Assembly: GCF_964204645.1 (NCBI RefSeq)
Contig: NC_134027.1
Location: forward strand, 26,002,560-26,066,559
Length of the DNA: 64,000 nucleotides
Direction: 5' to 3'
From: Tubulanus polymorphus
Taxonomy: Eukaryota; Animalia; Nemertea
The notes under the pieces are model-generated. The model saw only the letters and a list, made by a program, of their open reading frames with translations. It was not told where the DNA came from and searched no databases. Position numbers and translations under genes: made by a program. Each line of letters begins with the position of its first letter. Position 1 is the first letter of the stretch. Of this stretch, positions 38,716 to 51,620 are shown piece after piece.

Positions 38716-39674
38716 GTAAAATTAATATGAACTTTCTTGAAGATATATTAGTACGATTACTTAGATCAATAAAGATTTATTACTATCATTTAATGTCAAT
38801 TGATAATATATCGATTCTTCGTTCCATTTCAAAGAGTCACAGGTAAGGAGGGGTAGGGAATAGGGGGGCTTCCCAAAATAGGAAAATTTTGAAATAATTC
38901 TTTTTTTCCAGAAGATACAAGGATCTTAGTAAGGGTGAAAATACCAAGACCAGGCTAACTGACATCTCTAATCTTAGTAGTTTTTACCAAAAATAAGAGT
39001 AATTCGATATCCAAAAATAGTTAAATGAATGAACTAGAAATTATTTGGACAGACCAAAATCAGATAAATTGCATGGGCAGCATTGAGATAATAAACCCAT
39101 CCTGTAAGTCAGGTGTGACAACGCTTCAAAACCTTGCTACTTCCGTTACAAGGCTCGTATGTCAAAATTTCAAAGCCAATTAAATGAATTCTGATTCGAT
39201 GGTTTATACATTATGATAGTTAGTAAGATAGATTTGCGCCAGGGCGAGATCGCGGGGCACATCACAATCTTACGCCGTATGACAGACAGTCAGGCGCAGT
39301 CTTAGCCAATTAGTAACCAGTTCAATGAGGTGACATCTGATCATTCAGTTCATCCATCATACTCATACCCTTAAACTATAATTCATCAAATGTCTCCATC
39401 CTCTCTCTCTCTCTCCTCTCTCTCTCTCTGCAGTGATTTATCTGTCTTCTCTCTCTCTCCCTCTCTCCCTCTCCCGTTCACTGTCTGTTTTTTATTATAA
39501 CCTTTTCATCCTACTGAACATCTGCATCAATTCAAATGCGATTCAGAATGGACCATTCATGAGATGTGTTCACAGTTAGTCCGTTTCGATTTGGCCCCTG
39601 AAACGGCCCGATTCAGAATGGACCGAATAAATGTTGTGCATTCATACATGATGCAACACTGTGATTAACAGGGG

Positions 39675-40636
39675 AACACACGAGAGACAGACTTATCAGG
39701 GGCACACGAGAGACAGACGTATCAGGGGCACACGAGAGACAGACGTATCAGAGGCACACGAGAGACAGACTTATCAGGGGCACACGAGAGACAGACGTAT
39801 AAGGGGCACACGAGAAACAGACGTATCAGGGGCACACGAGAGACAGACGTATCAGGGGCACACGAGAGACAGACGTATCAGGGGCACATGAGAGACAGAC
39901 GTATCAGGGGTACACGAGAGACAGACGTATCAGGGGTACACAAGAGACAGATGTATCAGGGGCACATGAGAGACAGACATATCAGGGGTACACGAGAGAC
40001 AGACGTATCAGGGGCACACGAGAGACAGACGTATCAGGGGTACACGAGAGACAGACGTATCAGGGGCACACGAGAGACAGACGTATCAGGGGCACACGAG
40101 AGACAGACGTATCAGGGGCACACGAGAGACAGACGTATAAGGGGCACACGAGAGACAGACGTATCAGGGGCACACGAGAGACAGACGTATCAGGGGCACA
40201 CGAGAGACAGACGTATCAGGGGTACACGAGAGACAGACGTATCAGGGGCACACGAGAGACAGACGTATCAGGGGCACACGAGAGACAGACGTACCAGGGG
40301 TACACGAGAGACAGACGTATCAGGGGTACACGAGAGACAGAGGTATCAGAAGTACATGAGAGACAGACGTATCAGGGGCACGAGAGACAGACGTATCAGG
40401 GGTACATGAGAGACAGACGTATCAGGGGCACACGAGAGACAGACGTATCAGGGGCACACGAGAGACAGACGTATCAGGGGTACACGAGAGACAGACGTAT
40501 CAGGGGTACACGAGAGACAGATGTATCAGGGGCACATGAGAGACAGACATATCAGGGGTACACGAGAGACAGACGTATCAGGGGCACACGAGAGACAGAC
40601 GTATCAGGGGTACAAGAGAGACAGATGTATCAGGGG
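39675..40636. repeat. Minisatellite, 26-bp unit CACGAGAGACAGACGTATCAGGGG(C/T)A
   Basis: About 37 tandem copies running into a MITE terminus at 40631. Confidence 0.96.
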
Positions 40637-43390
40637 TAGGATCCAGCGGGGAACATAAGGAGCACGAGCTCCTGTTGCAATTTTCTAGTGACCTTTTGAA
40701 ATATGGCATCATTTTTCAAGGCACCTTTTCCACTGGCGACTAATAAGACAGCTGAAGCATGAGATAGCAATGAAAGATCAAAATTTTCAGGACCCTTTTT
40801 TGGGCTGCATGGATATCTAACTTGCATACGTAACTTTCCCTTTTTCAGTATATATGTGCCCTTTTCATTTCTTTGTGCGCCCGTCAAAATCTGCCCCTTG
40901 ACCGCGCTTGAAAGTATCCTAAGATATTATCCCATGAATACCCGTGAGTATCCGGTAGACAAAATAACACGAATTCTTAACATAACATTCTGATTGGCGA
41001 TTTTTTAATTAAAAGCGCTCATTCGATGAGACAATAGTCGTTTTTTGGTTTGGCTCGGTGCAGTTATGTGAAATATGCATTTGATTAGCAGACGTTAATA
41101 CCGAAGACGTCTTTCGTCCCTCCAGTAATAAACGACCATAACTCATTAATAAGCAGATGAATTATGAATTTATTCATTGGATGTTCCATCTTTTTACATG
41201 TATCTCTCGTCTCCGCGTTAATTAAACAGCCAGATTGGTCTGTAGTCTCGTGGGTCAAGGTCAAACATTCACCCACATCATACAGCCCCTATATAGAAAG
41301 GCCTCCTTTTTTAAAACAACTTTGACGACGCGTTTAAGTCATATTTCCGGCAGTTGGGAGAGAATTTGTAAAAAATATTTTTGACCTGGACGAAGAAAAT
41401 CCTAAAATTAAGGGTTTACTTATTTTCTTACCTTTAATTAGGGTTAAATGTGTACTCTGTGTATTTTTCTGTATCTCAGTTCATCTGAAAAAGAAAAAAA
41501 ATATCATGTATGAATATTTGTCAGTGCAAAATCAAAATTGAAATTCAAAGAGGTCTCTAACCGTTATATACTAAAACACAAAAAGATAAAATCAAAGTAG
41601 ATATGGGGGTTGCCCATGAAGAACATGCAATGTTACAATGATTTTCGACAATCACCTTATGATATGCTATATGTACATATCATAGTAAATTATGTGCTCA
41701 AGGAAAGGAAATTATTTTACACTTTTTTCTTTCTTATTGTGAGATTTTATATCACATATCATGGAAAGTGGTCAATATTTCAACCCTCCCCCCTCCCCCC
41801 AATCAATCAATATGACAATAAAATGAGATAGGATAGGAATGAGATAGTAAAATATCATATACATATAATACACAGGAAGATTCATAAAAATGTGGAATCG
41901 ATAGAAATGTTTGTGCGATATTGTTTTTATGGTGAATACATCAGCTTGTGCTAACGATTTCTCAAGTGAAAGGAAACTGTCACAAAACTTCAGTGATTAA
42001 TTATCACCAGACATCAATATACGGAAAGAGTCGACTCCGTCAGTCAGTGAGGAGTCGTTCGTCGCCGGGGCAGTTGTTCCCCTACCCCCAGAACACACTG
42101 TTATTAACATCATTGTTTGCTCAATACAGACGACGCTTTTCATTTCCATGTTTTTATCAAAGATGAAAATCGCGAAGACATGTTCGCGGATATTTTAATA
42201 GAAATTAGCGCACGGCGACAGTTTCTCGTGGTTTACGCAGTAGTAGTAATCAACAGACTTGTGCGCTTCATTCATTTTGCACCCGATTCAAAAAAAGTTT
42301 TTTTCTTCTGAACTATAACACGAGAAAAACTTCAATCATCAAATCGAAATGACCATAGTTCATCTACGACTCATGAACTGCGTTCGAGCTACATTAACGT
42401 TCTAAATTTAGTCCGTTCCAATAACGTTCTAAATTTAGACTGTTTCAATTTAGAACCGGACCAAACATTCTCACTAGCGAAAATTTCGTTCCTTATTGGT
42501 CTGGTCCATTTTAGTACCACTCAATTTAGACTGGGCCTAATTAAAGAATGGACTAACTAGCGATATCGGTCCAGTTCCACAGTTGTGAGTTCGAGTTAAC
42601 TGTGGCACTGGGTCATTGTGATTGCGTAGTTTAAGTCCAACATTTCGTCTTAAGATTATAGAAGTTTTAAAATTCTAATCAGAATTCATCTCTAAAACAT
42701 TAGAAGAATTTTTACGAAAATTACAAAAAATTATAATCTATCATTCCAATGGATATCTTAACATACATATATATATATATATATAAATATATATACATGA
42801 TATATAATAAATGTGTATGATATATGAGACTTGACTGGAGACACTGGAACAACATCTGGCTCTTTTCAGTAAAACAATACCATCCATTCTGAACTGAAAA
42901 CATAAAACAAAGACGCAGCATGCAGCGCTCAAGCCTCTTGGTTTATGAGAGTATGATGTATGTTTTTACGACCTCTGATTAATTGTTGGAGACAGGTTTT
43001 TTCCCGTTCTATCTGAGCCTCCTGCGGTTTGCGGGACAGATGTATCGACTGATACAAGTCAACTACTCGAATTATTCTTAACCTAGTTTTTAAATTCAAC
43101 TTGTCATCACTTATTAGAGTTCCCGGCGAAGTTTAGATAGAGTTCTAAAGCATGACCCTTCTATCATAATGTCAAATATAACTTGAAATTCAAACTTATT
43201 TCAAATAACAGTAACATTGCCGATACCCTTTACACAAGCATATAGCCATCTGGAATGTGCGAGATCTGCTTATGATGATTTAGTTTTAAACAATTTGATT
43301 TTTGTTTTGTGTTTCCTTATCTTTCTTTTTTATGATACAAGCATCGCTTCCTATAAATATTTTCCCCACTGCATAACAATCTATTAATCA

Positions 43391-43481
43391 AACTTCTTCG
43401 CTAACAGAGTAGTAAATATCTGGAACCAGCTCAGGCAATGTTGTTGTTCCATCCATAGATAGTTTCAAGTCTTGCCTATAG
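43391..43481 (+). mobile_element. CR1/L2-type LINE ORF2 C-terminal remnant
   Basis: Translates NFFANRVVNIWNQL, then after a frameshift NVVVPSIDSFKSCL*, matching the FFxxRVVxxWNxLP...SxxxFKxxL end of CR1-group ORF2. Confidence 0.78.
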
Positions 43482-45713
43482 AAGTTTCTCTTGGCGGTTA
43501 GGAACTAATAGCTCAATTTTCTGTGCGAATAATGTGTGTCGCAGATTCCGTTGAAGACCAGCGGCTTCCAGCTCCAGGTCCTCGATAGAAAAATTAACAA
43601 TAATCATATAACAATAAATCATATCAGGGACCCAAACTATACCTAGACAAATACTAAAAGTTACTGTCGCCTTGGATAATTGCATGCCCAGTACTGATGA
43701 CACAAACCTAGACACTTTTCTTTCGGCCTTTACTAATCCCAATAAACCAATCTTACTAAATATCGCGAAATTTATATATTATGGGCTTGTAAATATCACT
43801 TAAATAATATTGTATGTATATATTAGACATTGTATTACTTCTCTCTCTCCTTTTATTGTTTTTCTTTTATTGCACATCCTTTCTGTCTGTTTGTTGTTAT
43901 TGTTGTTTTGTCACAATTTTCCAGTTCCAATGTGATTCCGATGGCCCCAGATTCATTTGTCTCCGGTAAAAAAAATGTATCAGTCCCATAACATCCGAGG
44001 CTACTGCTTAATTACATTCAACAGATTGATCGGTTTTATTTCATATTTCTAACTCTTTATGCGTTGTTGATAAACTACATTCTCGAGTATGTACGATAAT
44101 TGCGAGACCACCCGAAGCTTTTTAGTAAATGATTTAAGTCAACATCGGGCCGGCTTAATATTTTACATACACACAACGTGTTTTCTTAACCGCCCTGATT
44201 TATTATGCTTCATTACATCGTTATTCCGTTTGCTAATTAATACTGTTTTAATAAGGATAGCTCAACAGCTTGTACGCGATACAGTTTGCTTCCTTTGCGA
44301 ATTTCGGAAAAAATTCTCCATGTGTACAGAATGTTTACGAATACAGCTGATGCTAGTACAGATTGGGCTATCTTCCGGCTTAATCACGACTACTGGGTCT
44401 TAGCAGAAATGCAAGATACATGAGAACATTTTCGAATACGTAAATCGAATTTGTAAGATTCTGGCGAGGTTACCGATCTTTTAGTACCAACAGAAAAGGA
44501 CACTTTCCATAAAAAAAAGGTTAAAAATAAATTGAATATCTCTATTCCTTTGATTCTTAAATGTCATTTCGATAGGTGTTCATGGGTATATGTTAAAGGC
44601 CTACTAAATGAATATGGTCTTTCTATTGAATGACGCAGAGTAGGAAAAACCTTCAGTGAACAATCAATAAGTTTACTACATATTTTTTAGTTTAGTTCAT
44701 CTTATAATAATGTGTCCTATATGAACGATGAAATTAACATGCAAGTTTAACATGCTTACAACATAAGCCCAAACCCAGGGCTTATAAGTTACCGATGAAA
44801 ATTGGTAATCAAATATAGATACACTCAATAACAAAGAAGAAAATAAATATATATTCAAATTTTCATTTCTACATCTTATGCCTTCCACCAGCAGTTCTAG
44901 AGAATAAGTTCTAATTGTTGAACAAGACAGCGAAATTTTCTGTTCATTCAAAACTGAAGAACAGGTCCTGCTCATGCACGACTGAAGTTTTGACAATGAA
45001 CCCCAGATCCACAGTTCCAAATTAAGATTTCACCGCAGTTAAAACGTTGGAAACGACTAATTCAAACTAAAGCGTTAATTCTAATTCACAACTGCGGATC
45101 TGGATCCATCAATAAAGGTATTAATTACACAAACATTTCTCAACGAAGAGTTTCGCTCGTTAAACATATCGCGTTCCAAACATCTAAATATACTGAATAA
45201 GTGGTTTTTTTTAATTGAATTATCAGGTTCACCTGGACAGCTGCATCGCTGTTCTAAATGAATTCAAATTATCATATGTATCACACTTACAAGGTGAAAC
45301 CTACGCCAGTTACAGAAAAACACGTTCATTCAACTCAAACAATGAGAATATTTTGGCCCTCATAGGCAGCACGGAATATGAAGTTTGGCTCGAAATGTTC
45401 ATGGTTCGATTTGGCTTAAGAGTTTAAGTCATGAAGATAGGTAATCATGAACTGGGGATTGAGATCCCATAAATTTGAATCCTCACTATGATTGACTACT
45501 GTTATCGGAAATGAATGATCCGTAGGCTAGAATCAAACTGTAAACTGCAGGATTCAATCCAGCTGTTTTATCTATGAACTCAGTTGTTTTCTGACGCATT
45601 GTTCCTAATCCAATGTTAATTGATGGAATACTTTATGAAGGAAACTCATAACAAGAAACAGGGGAAAATGAAAAATTTCCAAAAAATTAGATCTTCCATA
45701 ATCCTAACCCTAG

Positions 45714-45783
45714 CCCTAGCAGGACTTGAACCTGGGGCGCGTGCATGACAGCTCTCTGTCCTAACCACTAGACCAATGCATGG
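45714..45783 (-). pseudogene. tRNA-derived sequence (Asp/Glu-like, GTC at anticodon position): pseudogene or SINE head
   Basis: Minus strand TGGTCTAGTGGTTAGGAC (A box) ... CTGTCA ... CCAGGTTCAAGTCCTG (B box, T arm); acceptor and anticodon stems pair poorly. Confidence 0.75.
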
Positions 45784-47039
45784 TAGTGTTGAATGGTTGT
45801 AATTTTGTCTACCACTCAGGTATATAGCAGCTACAAGCAATTATCAGATAATTGCTCGTAGATAGCAGTGACCAGTTTAAGGTGTGGCGACTCTATTCAT
45901 TAACAATCACCGTGTCATTTTATATTTTCAAAGCTCGTCAGCAAGGCAAACGATTTTCCACTGATAAAGCATTTTTCAGAGAAAACGGAAAATAAGATTA
46001 TAAACTCCGAACTGAGCTCTCGACGTAAAAACGCCAACGAAATATATTTGAAAATAATCTAATATGACAAAATGTCATTTGCGGCGGCTGATGAAGCAGT
46101 GATTTGTGTGTATGTGTGTAAGAGACGCTGTTGGGCGAATCTCACATCGAGAGTTCGTTGTTCGTTAGTAATAATTAATTTATCTCCTGTGCTAATACAA
46201 TAAACTCATCTGAATAAATGTATTAATAAGGAATTCAGTGCAGTAATATCGCCGTTCTAATGAACAATGTTCTCAAGATGGAATATTAAATGATGCAATA
46301 AGCAATTTAATCAAGCACGCGCCGTTGTAACAGGATGGACGTGGTTTGTCTAAAGGACGCATTTTTGCCGGATGATTCGTCCATTTTCAGAGTCTGATTT
46401 AGAAAATGTGGGAGGTGGGGTTCTAAAGAAAAGGCACGCGTATTTTATTGGAGTATCACAAGCAGGTTCCAAAATTTTATTAAATTTTACACAATTCAAT
46501 TTGCAAATATCTGTCTTGATAAAAAGTGCAATCTCTATATAGACAAGCAGTTAGCAGGGGCCCTGGACCCCGAAAAACCCCTAAAATCAAATTAAGGCAA
46601 ATTCTATGTTCATAAAAGGTACCTGGCCCTAAATTAGTCTTTTTTGTTCTCTCATAATCAAATAATAAAATAGGCTAATTATTTTTCAAGTATCTCACAG
46701 CTTCTTAGGCAATTCATGGCCCTAAATGTACAGTTATTCTACTCAGGACATGAGAGCATGTCGCATTGCGTAATCAATTTTCCTCGCAATTTACGCACTA
46801 CGAAGACAGTTCCTAGAACTTCCAGGAACAGTAGTAATCGATAGCGTAAAGGCTATACAACGATTCAATAGAAACAGCGACGTGAACGGCTGTATTCAGA
46901 CGGGCGTCGTTCATTATACACGCGATTAAACATTACAATATACATACCGTCCAAATAAGCGTTACTTCCTTAACCGCTTAGGTCGTCAGTCTCGGATGAT
47001 CAAGCGCGTTAAAGTTTTAAAACGACGATTAAACTCTGC

Positions 47040-47633
47040 GTTAATTGCTCGCTCCCGCATCTCCATCACACCGCCATCTTGTTTCCCACAATGCCTCGCT
47101 CACGGCGTTAATTAGGCCATGCGCGCACCTGCCGCGCGCACCTGCTTACTGATTGCAATTAATTTTTTGAATAATTAATTAGCGCCGTAAAATACTGGCG
47201 GCGGCTGGTGTTGTGTCAGAGCGTGATAGCGCGTTCACTGGTCAGCACGTGTGTCTGTAGTAGAGAGACGGAGAGAAGAGACAGCTCATACTGCTGCTCC
47301 TTACACTCACTGATGATGATACCAGCGCGCGCTCTCCGCTAGTATCTAGATACACGTGGTGCACCGACCCGACCGACCGACCGGGGATGTTTTTAATCGA
47401 TGTGTGTGGCATATCAGCCGATTCTGTGCGCTCTGTGTCGGTACTGTGTTGTGTGTATTTTTCTCCGATACTCGCTGGGCTGTTAATTAGCTATGGGTAA
47501 TTAGTCGAACGCTAAGGCAATGCGCACTGCGAGTGAATGACTGTGACCAGAGATAGTAGACGCTTTAGCGTCAGTACTGCTTGGCTGTATTGTGTGCAGT
47601 CTCCGCATTCTCAATCGATGCTTAAAAGAAAAG
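47040..47633 (+). promoter_or_regulatory. Candidate promoter and first exon
   Basis: CpG-rich block with tandem GCGCGCACCTGC E-boxes, a CSL-type site TTCCCACA and GA/GT-rich leader, ending at AAG|GTAGGT followed by AT-rich sequence. Confidence 0.45.
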
Positions 47634-50499
47634 GTAGGTCTTTTTTTATTCCTTTATTTTAAAACTTTGAAACTATTCGATGTTGTAATTGCGTGGTTTG
47701 TTAAGTCTTTAGGCATCTATTTGATAGAGAGCCATTACATTCATTTACGTGATGGACAAGTCCGACATTTTGTGAAGTTAAGTCCACGATCAAAAAACCG
47801 AAAACCTAAAACATGGACAGTTAAAATTTATTTGAAAATCCGAATTCTCTAAAAACCAAAAAACCAATCAAGTAATGAATGACCTTTGATAAGTGTTGAT
47901 TGTGTGACCACCCTCTATGAAGCAGTAGTGTCAAGTCTGCGGATTTCATTTTTTGGATCTCTGAATAGAGCGGCCATTTTTTCAAGTACCGGTACGTGTA
48001 ATTAATACTGTACGCAATAATTATTTTATCATAAGACCTCATTCCTCCCTTGCCATTTCGCGAGTCAAACCATCCTCAAATAAATCCGAAAATAACTTTT
48101 TTTTTGTATATGTACTCGTATAATGATCTAGTAAGTTCTGCAGCCTCCCAGTAGGTGTCGTTACTCACTTGCGCCCGCTTGTCCAGCGAAATAATAATAA
48201 TGCTCTTTCTTTCGCTTCTCAAATCTTCGAGCGTTCATTATCGATCGAAAACGAACGCGGATGAAAATCATCGGAGCACAAATTTTCTCACATCACCGGA
48301 TTTAATACAAATTAATTTATACGGAATGAAATGATGAGAGACAGCAGTCGACCGTTCTGTTCTATACACCTCACTGATTATTCGCATGATGTTTTTGTAT
48401 AATTTGAATCTTAAAGAATTAACTCTGAAATATTTCTCCGCGCCGAGGATGTATAACCGTATCAGGGGCGGATTTTAGAGGGGGTTTGAGAGTGAACCGG
48501 GCTGCCCATTTTTTAAAAGCCATATCGTAAAATCTAAAAACAAAACTGAACAAAACTACTTTCTCAAGATTAATATTAAATAGTAATCTTCTGAAATTAT
48601 TTAGGGAGGGAGGGAAAATGTAAAATCTGCAATGGACCCTGACACAATAATATAGTCACAACAATCAGTGAAATATTGTCCTTTTTTGCCTGGAAATGAG
48701 GTCTATTTTCGTCCTGAACCCCTACCTTCCTAATTCCTCGATCCACTCCTGTATATTCAGGATGGGTGCCATATCCAAGCCAACCCCTCCACCCCACCCT
48801 CAAACTCTCTTCATACATTCTCAGAAGTTTTTGTCTGATGTTTTTCTCATCTGCTCTGAAATTGCATCACTTGAATTTCATGTAACCCGTGCCCTTCCTA
48901 GTAGCTGTGTTTGGATACTGGATCCTGCTATAACAGCATGGTCCCTATTTCTAAAATCGAACGAAATTTGTCAAAAAATCATGCTGAAATATTTTAAATT
49001 TGAATCTATAAAGTTAAAGCGTTGAAAATCGAGAAAGATTTCTTGGCGATTGTTTTCTTTTTTAACATTGTGTGGTCTTTAACGTTGTGCGGCACCTGTT
49101 ACCGCTTAGAATATCTGAGAGAAATAATTTGCGCATTGATTAGTCGGAACGGTGATGTATTTTCCATTTATATTAAAGATTCGCTAATGAGATACGCGTT
49201 TTAATTTCGTTCTCTTATCTCGCGTCTTTAAAACGTTTTTCTTATTGTATATCGGGGTTTAATTTATTCGTCAAATCGAAGCTTTTCGTTATGGAATTGT
49301 AATTATTGTTCGCACGTGAATTTTTCGACGCCTAATAAACGATTTTTTAATTATAAACTATGCGTCATATCGCGGATTAATAGTTAAGATATCGCACGCG
49401 TGTGTCTTACAGCTAAATGGCAAATAACAACATGGAATCGTTTTGGGTCAAAGTCTAATCGTATATTCAACTATATTGACTTTCTTTCACATGAAAGGTG
49501 AGAAACAATTAATAAATTTTGCTTAGATTTTTTTTACATCATCTTACGTTTTAGTGAATCAGGGGCTCAAACACTATAAACAGTATCAAAAGTGATCGCT
49601 CTTTAAATTTCGGATATCCAAGGAAAGTTATAACCTCATCTAGCATTTTGAAGTAAGTCTACAAATCAGCATAGCGTAAAGGATATATGACTTTATTTTC
49701 AAGAATTTTTAGGGCGGATATATTTTTGAATCGGGCTCAAAGTTATCACCTTGTCGGTTGCCCCCTTTTCAAGATAAATGCCCCTGACAAAAATATTGTC
49801 TCGTATCCTCCTAAATCCAGTTCCGAGACGTCTTATGATCTACTCTAGTTAATATGGGATGTAGAATATGTAAGGCAGATGTGAACATCTGAATTTTGAT
49901 TAGTAACGATTATTGTCAAGTCCTACTTCGACAAAAGGACGCGAATTTCTGTTGAAACCATCTCGAGATCTTCTCGGATACTTCCAATCATCCCCCGAAC
50001 GCGATTAATAACAATTTAATTTCTCTTAATCTTGCTTATAAATGATGGAGAATTATGACGGCTTGAATGCATATTTATCATCTAGCAATAAATTAATTAC
50101 GCCTGTCAGGAATAGCTATGCATATTAAATAGGCCCAGATTTGTCGCTAGTTGTGCGAAGGGTATTATGAGTGAGTTGGTTTAGACTTGACAGTTTGAAT
50201 GCGGTGGCTGTGTGTCACCTGCCCGTGGGCGCTATCTAATAATACCCGGGGTCTTAATACCTATTGTCTACGCTATTTCAGATATATCACCGTGAATCTG
50301 TCATTTTATATCGCAATATATACATCTCGTCGAGATATTTTTTCGCTTAGACAAAATTCATTGATCTTCAGCTTTTTTTTAATCTCTTTGTATATACAGT
50401 AATCCACGCCTTATTCGCACATGCTGAAATCCGACTTTCAACTAGGACAAAAACGAAACCATTTTTGTTATTTCTTAGCTTAACTAATCTTTCCTATCT

Positions 50500-50640
50500 T
50501 TAACTTGGACTTCCCTAACCTCGGACTGGTCCCGGTTAACTTGGACTTCCCTAACCTCGGACTGGTCCCAGTTAACTTGGACTTCGCTAACCTCGGACTG
50601 GTCCCAGTTAAGTTGGACTTCGCTAACCTCGGACCAGTCG
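50500..50640. repeat. Minisatellite, 36-bp unit, 4 copies
   Basis: AACTTGGACTTCCCTAACCTCGGACTGGTCCCAGTT. Confidence 0.92.
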
Positions 50641-51229
50641 TAGTTATAGTGCAAGTTGGGCGATTTTTATTGTATTTACTTGAAAAAATCATGGATTTTT
50701 GACGGAATATCGATATTTCATTCCATCATTCGATTCGTCTGATATTGCGAACTCGATCTCGTCGTCGCTTCAGAGGTTACAAAATACGCATTAGTTGAAA
50801 AACTGATAACGCCTGAGGGTTGTGACGGTTTGTGTGTGTGTGTGTGTAAAATGTATAAGATTACCAGGTTAGAGGCCGGAACGGGCTGCTGTGTAGATTG
50901 TGTGAATAAACTGTATTTATAGCCTGTGGCTGCGTTCACATACAAACATCACTCACAGTTCTCGCACAATCTCTAACGGTCTTTGTCTCACCTCACGGAG
51001 AAACAATGCCAATCTGCTGGGTGTGAATGGAATCGAAAAAAAAGCCCTGTGATTATTGTTTCTTTTTGTAGAATTAGAACGGTTGGTGCTGCTTGTAATT
51101 AGTCGTCGGCGTAGTGCACCTTCCAGGTCAGGTGACGCCCAGTTCAGCCTGGTTAACCAGGAAGATATCGACCATCGACCAGTTGCACAGTCGTAACTTC
51201 AGTCCAAAAATAGTGTAAGATAATCTATA

Positions 51230-51620
51230 AGACTTTAGACTGGTTGTCATTCCAAGACTTTAGACTGGTCGTCATTCCAAGACTTAAGACTGGTCGCCAC
51301 TCCAAGACTTAAGACTGGTTATCATTCCAAGACTTTAGACTGGTTGTCATTCCAAAACTTTAGACTGGTCGCCACTCCAAGGCTTTAGACTGGTTGTCAT
51401 TCCAAGACTTGAGACTGGTGATGATTCCAAGAATTAAGACTGGTCACCATTCCGAGACTTTAGACTGGTCGTCACTCCAAGACTTAAGACTGGTTGCTAA
51501 TCCAAGATTTGAGACTGGTCATCATTCCAAGACTTAAGACTGGTCACCATTCCGAGACTTAAGACTGGTCACCACTCCAAGACTTAAGACTGGTCGCCAC
51601 TCCAAGACTTTAGACTGGTT
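51230..51620. repeat. Minisatellite, 25-bp unit GACTT(A/T)AGACTGGT..CA(C/T)TCCAA, starting inside a family A MITE
   Basis: Preceded by the MITE A left end CCAGTTGCACAGTCGTAACTT at about 51179. Confidence 0.9.

Noticed and set aside
39661-40639. Arg-rich repetitive ORFs
   Set aside because: 26-bp satellite translation.
45714-45783. Functional tRNA-Asp gene
   Set aside because: Acceptor and anticodon stems do not pair properly; reported only as tRNA-derived.
46429-46446. AAGGCACGCG resembling the start of miR-124
   Set aside because: Match stops after about 10 nt and no precursor hairpin is evident; I recognised no conserved miRNA in the window by eye.
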